From assembly GCF_000143415.4 (NCBI RefSeq), contig NW_003314317.1, positions 1,231,150 through 1,295,149 on the forward strand: a DNA stretch of 64,000 nt, given 5' to 3'. Source of the stretch: Selaginella moellendorffii. Its lineage: Eukaryota > Plantae > Lycopodiophyta. The translations under genes and the position numbers were made by a program. The notes beneath the pieces are model-generated. The model was not told the DNA's origin. It worked only from the letters and a program-made list of their open reading frames with translations, and searched no databases. Of the stretch, positions 47,777 through 58,518 are shown one piece after another (positions within the stretch are counted from its first letter, which is position 1; each line of letters opens with the position of its first letter).

Positions 47777-50434
47777 ATGCATGGCGCTCCTCTCGGGAGA
47801 AATGGCGCATCATCCACAAAGCTAAAGACCAAAATTTTGGTCTTTCTCGAAGAACTCAAGGAATGTGGCCGATGTGGGGATCTAGACAGGGGCAGGAGGA
47901 TCCATGCCGAGATCGTCCACAGTGGAGACGACTCCAATCTCTACGTAGCAAACGCGCTCATCCACATGTACTCCAAGTGTGGGAGCTTGCCGGAAGCGCG
48001 ACGAGCATTCGACAGGATGGATCATCGCAGTGCCGTGTCTTGGAACTCCTTGATCCTGGGCTATGCCAAGAATGGTGGAAGTGGAATGAATGGGGGAAGT
48101 GGTGGAACGAGATCAAGGAACTTGGAAGAAGCGAAGAGTGGTGGAAGTGGTGGAGCGAGATCAAAGAACTTGGATGAAGCGAAGAATGGTGGAAGTGGTG
48201 GAACGAGATCAAAAAGGTTGGATGAAGTGAAGAATGGTGGAAAGAGATCGAAAAACTTGGATGAAGCACGGATGATCTTCGAGAGAATGCCATGGCACAG
48301 TGTGTTCTCCTGGACGGATCTCATCCACGGCTATGCCGAGAATGGACGCGAAGAGAACGCGCTCGGTTTGTTCTCCTCCATGACTAGCCGAGGCTGCGAG
48401 CCGGATGCTCGGACGTTCCAGGCAGCTTTCAAGGCCTTGGCTGGGCTCGCAGCGAAGGCCAAAGAATCTCACAGGTTTCTCGAGAGAGCCATCGCCCTCC
48501 ACACTCAAGCTGCGAGTTCTTCGTCTTGCGAGTGGGACGTTCTTCTCGCAAACTCGGTGATGGATCTGTATGGGAAGTGTGGCGGCCAGGATCACTGCCG
48601 GATGGTTTTCGAGAGGATGCCACAGCACGACGTCGTGTCCTGGAACGCGGTGATGCTCGGCTACTGCGACAACGGCGAGGAAGAGGTGGCGCTGGAGTTC
48701 TTCGAGACGATGAGAACTCGGGGCTACGTAGCGGACGCCAGAACTTACGTTGCTGCGATCAAGGCTTGCGTCGCCAGCCTGGGAAAGCTCGATCGAGAGA
48801 AAGCTTTCGAGAGAGGGATGGAGATCCATTGTCGAGCTGGAGCTACCGGCTGCGACTCCAACGTTTACGTAGCGGCCTCACTGGTGAATCTCTACGCCAA
48901 GTGTGGCAAGATGGTGGACGCTCGGCGAGTGTTTGACAAGATCTTCCAGCCGGACGTGGTCTCGTGGAGCGCGCTCATACTCGGGTATGCCGAAAACGGG
49001 CAACCCGAGCTGGCGCTGGAACTCTTCGCGCGGATGCAACAGCGGCAGGGAGCTGGATCTTCCGATGCTCTCGCGTTTGTTGCCGCGCTTAAGGCCTGTG
49101 CTCGTCTCGCAAGCTCGGAAGAAGCTCACGGTGATCTCAAGCTCAAATCTATGGCGCTCGAGCAGGGAATGGCCGTCCACGCTCAAGCCGCGAGGAATGG
49201 CTGCGAGCTCGACGTGTTCGTGGCGTCTACGCTGGTGGACATGTACGCCAAGTGTGGCAGCTTGCTCGACGCGAGGAGAGTTTTCGATCGAGTAGCCGTC
49301 CACAACGCGGTGTTCTGGAACTCGTTGATGCTGGGCTACTGCGAGAACGAGCAAGCCGGCTTGGTGCTGGTGCTCTTCCACTTCATGCAGCTCGAGGGCT
49401 GTGGTCTAGACGCTGGATCCTTCGTTCCTCCGCTCAAGGCCTTGGCGAGTCTAGCATCGATCGAGAGGAACCTGGAGATCAAGCCCAACTTGCTCGTCTT
49501 GCGGAGGAGCACGGCCTCGCTCCACTCGCAAGCGTCCGAGCGTGGCTTCGACTTGAATCCCCGGGTGGCGAGCAGCCTCGTCGACTGCTACTCCAAATCC
49601 GGGAGCTTGATCGAGGGAAGGAGAGTCTTCGATCGGATCGAGCAGCGCGATCCAGTGCTGTGGACTTCGCTCATCGTCGCCTGTGCCGACGCCGGTGAGT
49701 CGCAGCTCGCGCTATCTTTGTTCTCTCGGATGAAAGTTGACTTGTCCTTTGCTCTCGCAGTGGACGCTGCTGCTCTGTCCGCGGCGATCAAAGCTTGCGC
49801 GAGTGGCCCGGCGGCGCTGCTCGAGACGGGGAAGAGCGTCCATGGCGATGCATGTCGACACGGCCTGGAAGTCGACCCGGGGGTGGTGGTCTCTCTCGTC
49901 GACTTCTACGGGAAGTGTGGCAGCATGGTCGATGCTCGCTGCGCTTTTGATGCAAGCTCGCAGCTGGGAATGGTGGCCTGGAACGCGCTGTTGGCTGGGT
50001 ATGGTCGCCGAGGTGATAGCAAACTGGTGCTCGAGATGTTCCACAGGGCCGCGGGCGAAGGCTTGCGGCCGAATGCGAGTAGCCTTGTCTCGGTTCTCGC
50101 GGCTCTCAGCGGTGGTGGTCTTGTTGATCAAGGCCGGAGGATCTTCCAGGTGATGGAGTGCCGGTATGGTGTTCGTCCCGGGATGGAGCACTACGCGTGC
50201 TTGGTGGATATCTTGAGCCGGGCGGACAAGATGGATGAAGCTGTGGAGCTTGCGAGGAGGATGTCGAGTGGTGATCCCGGAGACTTCTCCGTTGGCGTGG
50301 CATGGACCAGCATTCTGGCGGCTTGTAGAAAGTGGAAGAACTTTGAGGTGGCAAAGGTTGCTTTCGAGGAGCTGAGAGATGAAGCTCGTCATCCTGCTGT
50401 ATACAATCTTATGGCAAATGCTTGCTCCACCTGA
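47777..50434 (+). CDS. PLS-class pentatricopeptide repeat protein with a partial E domain and no DYW domain, intronless, 885 aa
   Basis: Repeated VANALIHMYSKCG..EARRAFDRM...VSWN motifs, then PGMEHYACLVDILSRA and WTSILAACR. Confidence 0.95.
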   Translation: MHGAPLGRNGASSTKLKTKILVFLEELKECGRCGDLDRGRRIHAEIVHSGDDSNLYVANALIHMYSKCGSLPEARRAFDRMDHRSAVSWNSLILGYAKNGGSGMNGGSGGTRSRNLEEAKSGGSGGARSKNLDEAKNGGSGGTRSKRLDEVKNGGKRSKNLDEARMIFERMPWHSVFSWTDLIHGYAENGREENALGLFSSMTSRGCEPDARTFQAAFKALAGLAAKAKESHRFLERAIALHTQAASSSSCEWDVLLANSVMDLYGKCGGQDHCRMVFERMPQHDVVSWNAVMLGYCDNGEEEVALEFFETMRTRGYVADARTYVAAIKACVASLGKLDREKAFERGMEIHCRAGATGCDSNVYVAASLVNLYAKCGKMVDARRVFDKIFQPDVVSWSALILGYAENGQPELALELFARMQQRQGAGSSDALAFVAALKACARLASSEEAHGDLKLKSMALEQGMAVHAQAARNGCELDVFVASTLVDMYAKCGSLLDARRVFDRVAVHNAVFWNSLMLGYCENEQAGLVLVLFHFMQLEGCGLDAGSFVPPLKALASLASIERNLEIKPNLLVLRRSTASLHSQASERGFDLNPRVASSLVDCYSKSGSLIEGRRVFDRIEQRDPVLWTSLIVACADAGESQLALSLFSRMKVDLSFALAVDAAALSAAIKACASGPAALLETGKSVHGDACRHGLEVDPGVVVSLVDFYGKCGSMVDARCAFDASSQLGMVAWNALLAGYGRRGDSKLVLEMFHRAAGEGLRPNASSLVSVLAALSGGGLVDQGRRIFQVMECRYGVRPGMEHYACLVDILSRADKMDEAVELARRMSSGDPGDFSVGVAWTSILAACRKWKNFEVAKVAFEELRDEARHPAVYNLMANACST
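48068..48270 (+). repeat. In-frame 48-bp coding tandem repeat (NGGSGGTRSKNLDEAK)
   Basis: About 4 degenerate units inside the PPR ORF. Confidence 0.9.
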
Positions 50435-50529
50435 AAAAGTGAAATTCTTCCCGAGCAAATAGCTTGTTTATCTATTGAGAAGAATGGAACGAACGAGCTT
50501 ACAGTACGTCAATGCGATCGAACTCCTTG

Positions 50530-51050
50530 ATCTTTTTTACGCTGCCAGGCTCTTGGAGGCGATCTCAAACACATTCTCCGACAGGACATCGGGTTTAGCA
50601 ATGCGTTCCAGTCGGGCCTAGAAGCACAACACACGTGATTGAGCAAAGATCTGGGAAACAAACACTGCTTCTCCAACCTTAGCCAGCGATTGTCTGCCTC
50701 GAGAAAGGATACCATTCGCAATGCCACCTGTGAGAGCAAGGTTAAGGCACACAAACAAGTGTGCTTGCGAGTTACCTGAAGATTCATTTTGGTCTCCTCG
50801 ACCAAAAATTCGTAACCAAATCAATCTTTTAGCATGAAAGTTAACAGTGGTCCAGCAGAAAGGACTGATCAAAGGCACCAAGAAAAGCCGTAGCTCCTGA
50901 GAAACCTTTGCTAAAAAGACAGAACCTTGTTCGGGTTCTTCATATCGAATGACGGATGATCTAGCAATCGTTTTATGTTCCGAACATTTCCAGGGATATC
51001 AGACATTGATTATGGATCTCCTGCGCGTTGTTTTGTGATCGAATATTTAG
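50530..51050 (-). pseudogene. Truncated, decayed duplicate of the aminopeptidase N 3' exons
   Basis: Colinear with 58519-59030 ([29 protein letters not shown]) but carries deletions. Confidence 0.85.
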
Positions 51051-51080
51051 TGAAATAGAGAAAAAAAGACGATAACACCA

Positions 51081-51134
51081 CAGTACCGTTGAACAAGTCC
51101 AACTACGTCCCAGGAGGAAGCATGCCTGAAAGTT
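51081..51134 (-). pseudogene. Small duplicated SMU1 exon fragment
   Basis: CAGTACCGTTGAACAAGTCCAACTACGTCCCAGGAGGAAGCATGCCTGAAAGTT closely matches 46826-46880. Confidence 0.8.
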
Positions 51135-51494
51135 ATGTAAGAATGCATGAAAAAAAGTGAAAGCAATTATACCCTTTCATTTATCCTTGTTTACAAACAT
51201 ATTGACTTTCATTCTGTGGATGTGAGTTCTTTTGTTTGAATGTGTTTCTTTTAATGTCTTGAATACCTTGGAGTGAGTGTGTCTGTGTGTGGCATTTGCA
51301 ATGCACTTTGATATTGGATCACATGCCTGTGCTTCTTTTGTGTCGTGAGGCCACCATTGGCAAATAAAGAGCAACTGGTTGTGTTGGTGAGAGACAAGGA
51401 AGCACTGCCAGATATTCTATGCCACGTGGCTTGGGTGACTACACTTCTAAGGCGGTACAAGCTTTTCATCTTCCATTCAAGCAACACAGTTACA

Positions 51495-52242
51495 CTCCAC
51501 CTGTGTTGCCTCCAGGAACATCTTAAGATCATGGAAGCGAGGCTCTTCTTCAATGAGCTTTGGGTGTCGACCAGGTCGTCAGCACCTCAATGAAGTCGTC
51601 AATCAACCTGAACACACGAATGAACACGGACATGAACATGGCAGGAGGAGAGACGTGAGCTTACGAATCGGCCTGAGAAGCAGATGCTTCATCCATCTTG
51701 GGTGACTCGTTGGCAACCTGAAATTCAAGAGAGAGGGAGGGAGAGAGAGGGAGATGGAGAGGGAGAGGGACGTACGTATGCATTGAGAAGATCACGAATC
51801 TTGGGGAACTTATGGACAAGCTCTTCCACAAAGCGAGTAGGAAGCGAACCGCTGCCATGCCCTCCTAAGACCTTCTCTAAACATTGATGAAGCTTAGCGA
51901 TCTCCCTCCCTGCAGCAACATGGATCTCCTTGGGGCCGACGTAGGAGGCAAGCCAAATGATCTTAACCAGGAAGACTGGCTACTGCTCCTGCAGCTTCCT
52001 CTTCCGAAGAGGATCTTGAGAGGCGACAAGTCCCCGTGGATGACACCCCTGGCATGAATCGTGGCAAGAGCCTCATGGGCAGGGCACGCTGTAAGAGGTG
52101 TACCTTCATCGCTGGTCATCACGTAGGCGAACATTGTCCCACACAAGAAACCCCACGAGACGAGGCGTGGTATCTGCACGCCCTGCAGTTTGTGGAGCGT
52201 CTTGTACGCGTCCACCTCGGTGACGACCTTCCGGAGGTTGTT
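51495..52242 (-). pseudogene. Crinkler-like kinase-fold gene, copy 2 (5'-truncated, frameshifted)
   Basis: LRKVVTEVDAYKTLHKLQGVQIPRLVSWG...HARGVIHGDL, with 3' exons matching 55070-55270. Confidence 0.8.
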
Positions 52243-52774
52243 CAGGTGGAGTGTAACTGTGTTGCACATGAAGAACAGAAGATGAAAAAGAAATTGAAAA
52301 GCCATAAAAAAGGAAGAAGGAAACCAACCATTGTTGTGTGTTTGCCAAAAACACGGCACTGTTACATGGTTCCAACAAGTATCAAACGCATTCTTTCTTT
52401 CCAGCGCTGGACAAAACCCAGTCAATGCGAAGCCAATAAAGGTCTTCAAAGACTGTGTTGGACTTCCATTGACTACCGTTGAGCTCAATTGTGGACCCTC
52501 CCCTCAAGATCGTCATCCGCGCAACGGCGCCTTCGCGCAGTCGAGGCTCGTCAATCAGGCACAAGTAGTGCTGGACACTCTGGGCGATACCAAACTGGAA
52601 ACGCTCCCGTCCCCGGTCGATCTCTCCGGTGTGAGAGGAAAGTGAACTCGCAAGCTCTCGTCCCTCATTCTCTGGAACAGCGACAATGCGTGATCAGATC
52701 GAGCGTAGACGTTTATGCGGGAAGGCTCAAATGTTTCCAACAGCTTAGCTCGGAGTATCCTTCAATCGAAAGTG

Positions 52775-53074
52775 TTAGAACCTGAATTTCTTATGAATCG
52801 TAGATGCTACTGTTCTACAACGAGCCAACAAGGCGAGTATGTTGTTTACAATGTCTTCTGTTTTTAATGCTTCCGATCTTAATGAACTGAAGGTACCATC
52901 TTCATAAAACCAGCTTTCGTATTGCAGGACGCAGCGGCCGAGCTGGTCTGCCAGGAAAGGTTTTGACACTGTACCTTTGAAAACGGAGCTAGCGTCACGC
53001 TCTTTGTTCTCCAGAGGCTTCATTGGTGTAAGCAGAAAAAGCTCGAGCACAGACAAATCTATATGAGCAACCAT
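52775..53074 (-). mobile_element. Possible hAT transposase relic
   Basis: VAHIDLSVLELFL...LLARCRTVASTIHK resembles the CxAHxLxL...xxKCRxIVxxF region of hAT transposases. Short and isolated. Confidence 0.3.
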
Positions 53075-55059
53075 TAGATGAAATAAAACGAGCAGCTACC
53101 AGCAAGTGAGCAAATTATCGGTGGATGTTTTAATGTTAATGTAGGTGCTCGGGCAGGAGACTTTCGCCGATCGAATTTCGATCGTAAGGAAGATCTTTTG
53201 TTTGTTATCTCAGCTTTGATCGAAGTCTCTCGTTTTCACGAATAACATTTTGAGTGATGTTGATCACGGGAGATTGCAAAACAATTATGCGTAGAACACG
53301 AGCTCGAGTTTTCCAAAGCTGTGAGTTGTTTGGAATGATTATCGTTTTTTCACGCTCTTTCTCCCTGCAGGCATCCTTTGACAACCTACGCTTTCTGACT
53401 GTCATTCTGGAGTACGTGCCTCTTTAAAGTGACCAAGGTTCCATTCTTATGTGCTCAAGAGCCGTTTGCTCTAGCTCACAAGGTTTGTTTGTTGAAACTA
53501 CTCTGAACATGACCGATCGTTGGGCTCTTGTTGCAGAAACCAAAGCTTTCCCTTCTGTGCAACTTGCTGGATCTCTTGCAATCGCCCTGTTCCTGAGCAG
53601 CTGTAATTGGCATTAGCTGCAGACTGGTATATATCTTGTTTTGCAAAGAAACTCTTTTTTTCTTATTGTAGAAAAACGAAGTGAGATCTCATTTTTCACA
53701 ATGCAAGATATTTTTCTTCCTCCTTCCACCAGGTAACCTTTCTTCGTCAACTCCTAGTGCATATTACCTCCAGTCGAAAACCTGGCTCAGCATGCCCAAG
53801 TGAATAAGCTGGCAGAACTGGATCTTAGTCCAAGAAATATTATTGACTCCCTGAGAAGATCACACAGTTCACTGGCGAGGAAAAAATTCACATAATGCTT
53901 GCAAACTGGTGATGCACAGATTGTAAAGTTGACAATGATGTAGATGCTTACAAAGGGATGTATGCCCAAGTGAGGTGTATAATCACAAGAAAAGCGCTTC
54001 AAAGACACTCATAATAACTCATAATAATTATTAATAGGCTAACATTAATCTTGTTAACTCAAAGTAAAAACTTAGATTGCTAAATTTAATTTAATTATTT
54101 TAATTACCAAATTTTTTAGCATATAGTTAATGAGCGAAAAAAGAAGATCACAGAGTAACACTCAATGCCAAAGCTAACACAAAAAATAGAGTTAATATAC
54201 CAATGGCCTAATGCACAGATATAGGTATTCCAATAGCTAGCATAATATGGAATTTGTAACCCCATAAATTAGACACTTAAGTTGGAGGGAAATTTTAAAA
54301 CATCTTTTTTTTACATTTCATTTTACTAAAAAACAAACATGAGTATTATGAGCTATAATGGAAAAATAGAAGAGGATTTCAAGAGAATTAGATTGGCCAT
54401 CACAAATTATGCTTCATTTTCCATTCCAACCTCATTATAAATAGGGTTTTTTATTCAATCTAGTTATACTAAAGAGAACAATTTAAAGTTTAATAATAAT
54501 GCATCCTTTTTCTATTTATTTAAAGGTTTGTTTATATTTAAGGTCTTTAAATCCGATTTTATTGCTAAGATTGATATCTGATACAAAGCATGGTGGATTG
54601 TACATAACCAAATGAAACACTTTTAAAGATAAAAGTTCCAAGTTTTTAAACTAAATCCTTAAATTTGAAACTCCAAGCCAACCAATTTTAACTTATCCAA
54701 TTCCAAACCATCCAACTTTAAAGTATCAAACTGTAAAATTGTAAAAAAAAAAGAGGCAAGGGAGGAAAAAATAATGTAAAAGGAAGTGAAATGAGAAGAA
54801 ATGAAAGATGAAATAAACTATTAAGTGTTATAATTAATCTATATTAAATTTAAGATAGAATATAGTCATGAGTGTTTGTCCAAACTTTGACTAAGAATTT
54901 TATATATTGTAAGAACAAGTGGAAACAAATGTGAAAAAACAAATAAGAAAGTTATGTTTAAAATCCATTTCTAATTATAGCAAAATTTAAGATTTGTTAA
55001 ACCACTAATGGAATAATAATTAAAACATTTATGTATAAATTTCAACTTTCCTAGTATGA

Positions 55060-56620
55060 AATCCAGTTTCACTCCACCTGAACTACTCAGTTGCCTCCTT
55101 TCTGCCAGGAACCTCCTGAGCTCATCGAAGCGAGGCTCCTTTTTAAGGAGCTTGGGGTTGTCAACTGGAGTCGTCAATGCATCGACCACCACATACTCTT
55201 TGAAGTAGCGAGATAACCTGAAAGCACGGATCAAAACGGATAAACACGGCAGGAAGAGAGACGTGCGCTTACATTTCAGATGCTTCAGACGCTTCGTCCG
55301 TCTTGGGTGATGACTCGTCATCTCCTTGCAGGTTAGCACCCAACCTGAAAACCAAGCACACATGTAACGATTGATTGCATCAGGAACACACACGTACGCG
55401 TTGAGAAGATCACAAATCTTGGGGAACTTGTGGAAGACAATCGATGAGCTCTTCCGCAAGGCAAGGAGGAAGCGATCCACTGCCATGTCCTCCTCCGCCC
55501 GAACGAACATCAAGACCTCCTCGAAACATTGCTGAAGCTTAGCCATCTCCCTCCCTGCAGAAACATGGATCTCCTTGGGGCCGACGTAAGAGGCAGTTGA
55601 GAAGCCGATGATCGTCACCCAAGAAGACTGGCTGCTGCGGCTTTCTCTCCTGACGAGGATCTTGAGAGGCACCAAGTCCCCGTGGATGAGACCCCTGGCC
55701 TGAATCCTGGCAAGAGCCTCATAGGCAGGAGCAAGTGCTGCTTGTATGTCTCGCACGCTAAACGTCAAGTAGCTACTCAGAGGCCAACCTTCGTCGCTGG
55801 TCATCACGTAGGCGAACATTGTCCCACACAAGAAGCCCCACGAGACGAGGCGTGGTATCTGAACTCCCTGCAGTTTGTGGAGCGTCTTGTACGCGTCCAC
55901 CTCGGTGATGACCTTCCGGAGGTTCGTCTCCACGTCCAGAAGCCAGGGATTAGTCAAGTCCCGCACCTTGAGAACCACGGGCTGCTGTTTGTACTTCGCG
56001 GAGACGACGGATGACTTAGCGTCTCTCGGCCACTTGCAAGAGAAAGCTGAGATTCTTCATGCCATGAATGATCGCCCCTGCATGAGATGACCTTTGTTGT
56101 TATCTCCGATCGACTGCTGGGGATCGTCTCTTGCCAGCTGAAGAACAAACCCGAGAGCCCACCATGATGAAACTGGAGCGGAAAGTAGCGTGTCTCCTCT
56201 ACTTATCTTGGCATACCGGATGGATTCACCATCCACCAGAACACCAAAGGAAGCACCGGTGAGCAGCATGTATGTGAAAAGCCTCCTGTAACACTTGGAT
56301 GAGTGCAAAGAACAAGGAAAACCAAGCCAGACCTTACAACATCTTGTATAGCGTGATCACAGTCGACAATCCCAACGAGAAGAGGCCGATCGGTTGCGCG
56401 ACAAAGAGGTCCGGCTGGCCAATTGTGTTGGTTCCCCAGGGTGGAGGAAGTTTTGGGCAGCAAACCGGAGAAATACCTTGAGAGTGCCAGCGATTTCCAG
56501 CTGCTCCCCAATTGCCCGCTCTGTGGGTGGATTGGACTTGAGCCACTCTGCATGAGCGTGCTTGAATTCCACCCAGGGGCGCACACCGTTGACGTTACAC
56601 ACCCAGCGCCCGGACGCAGC
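55060..56620 (-). pseudogene. Crinkler-like nuclease/kinase-fold gene, copy 3 (frameshifted)
   Basis: EWLKSNPPT..ELEIAG, GQPDLFV, CYRRLFTYMLLTGASFGVLVD and LIHGDLVPLKILV. Same intron position as copy 1; the reading frame is broken in the 5' half. Confidence 0.75.
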
Positions 56621-56623
56621 AAA

Positions 56624-58430
56624 TTCTTCTTCTATGAATGGGCCTTCTCTCGGGGGAATGACGCATCATCCACGAGCAAAGTCTTGGTCGTTCTCGAAGA
56701 ACTCAAGGAATGTGCCCAAGATGGACATCGTCCACATTGGAGCTGTGGAGCCTCCAATCTCTACGCTCTCATCCCAAATGCACGCGTGACGAGCATTGGA
56801 TCATCGCAGTGCCGTGGCTTAAAATTCCTTGATCCTGGGCCACGCGAAGAATGGTGGAAGTGGTGGGGCTAGATCAAAGAACTGGGATGCAGCCAAGAAT
56901 GGTGAAAGTGGTGGGAGCGAGATCAAAGAAGTTGGATGAAGCGAAGTGAAGAACGGTGGAAGCGGTGGAACGAGATCAAAGAACTTGGATGAAATGAATG
57001 AATGGTGGAAGTGGTTGAAGAATTTAGATGAAGCATAGAATCGATATTGAAGTAAAGCTGACAACCAAGGCGTGGCAGGAGTCTGTCGAAGCCCATTTTC
57101 CAACATATGACTTGGATGAAGCCAAGAACGGTGGAACGAGATCAAAGAACTTGAATGCTGAAAGTGGTGGAGCGAGATCAAAGAATGGAAGTGAAGAGAA
57201 CGCTCTCGGCTTGTTCTGCTATAGCCGAGCTGCGAGCCGGATGCTCAAGCAGCTTTCAAGGCCTTATGGATCTGGTGAATCTTTGTCGCCGCCTGCGCTC
57301 ATCTCGCAAGCTCAGAAGAAGCTCGTGATCTCAAGCTAAAAGCTATGGCGCTCGAGCAGGGAATGGTCGTCCACAATCAACCCGCGAGGAATGGCTGCGA
57401 GCTCGACGTGTTCTGTTGGACACGTACGTGTGGGAGCTTGAGGAGCTTTTGTGTTCTGGAACTCCTTGATGCTGGGCTACTGCGAGAACAAGCAAGCCGG
57501 CATGGTGGTGCTGCTCTTCCCCTTCATGCAGCTCGAGGGCTGTGGTCTAGACGCTGGATCCTTCGTTCCTCCGCTCAAGGCCTTGGCGAGTCTAGCATCG
57601 ATCGAGAGAAGCCCGGAGATCAAGCCCAACTTGCTCGTCATGCGGAGGAGCACGGCCTCGCTGCACTCGCAAGCGTCCGAGCGTGGCTTCGACTTGAATC
57701 CCCGGGTGGCGAGCAGCCTCGTCGACTGCTACTCCAAATCCGGGAGCTTGATCGAGGCAAGGAGAGTCTACGACCGGATCGAGCAGCGCGATCCAGTGCT
57801 GTGGACTTCGCTCATCGTCGCCTGTGCCGATGCCGGTGAGTCGCAGCTCGCGCCAGCTTTGTTCTCTCAGATGAAAGTTGACGAGTGGAAGCTGCTCTGT
57901 CCGCGGCGATCAAAGCTTGCGGGAGTGGCCCCGCGGCGCTGCTCGAGACGGGGAAGCTCGTCCATGGCGATGCATGTTGACACGGCCTGGAAGTCGACCC
58001 GGGGGTGGTGGTCTCTCTCGTTGACTTCTACAGGAACATGGTCGATGCTCGCTGCGCTTTTGATGCAAGCTCGCAGCTCCTAGAGCGCGCTCTTGGCTGG
58101 CTATGGTTGCCGAGGTGATAACAAACTGGTGCTCGAGATGTTCCACAGGACCACGGACGAAGGCTTGCGGCTTGAGCGTGGTGGTGGTCTTGTTGATCAA
58201 AGCCGAGAGTGCCGGTATGTGTTCGTCCCGGGATGGAGGACGGATATCTTGAGCCGGGCGGACGAGATGAGTGAAGCTCGCGAGGACGATGTCTAGACGA
58301 AGCGGTGGTGATTTCTCCGTTGGCGTGGCACCAGCGGCTTGTAGAAAGTGGAAGAATTGAGGTGGCTTTTGAGGAGCTGAGTGGTGAAGCTGTATACTAT
58401 CTTATGGCAAATGCTTGCTCGACCTGAAAA
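56624..58430 (+). pseudogene. Decayed duplicate of the PPR gene at 47777
   Basis: Near-identical core (FWNSLMLGYCEN...ACADAGESQLA), but with many deletions, frameshifts and stops. Includes the Gly-rich repeat. Confidence 0.92.
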
Positions 58431-58518
58431 GGTGTGATTTTTCCCAAGCAAATAGCTTGTATATCTATCAAGAAGAATGCAACAACGAGCTTACGATCGC
58501 GAACTCCTTGGATCTTTT

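Noticed and set aside
54000-55060. AT-rich tract as a Helitron or MITE
   Set aside because: No terminal hairpin/CTRR, TIRs or TSD could be identified.
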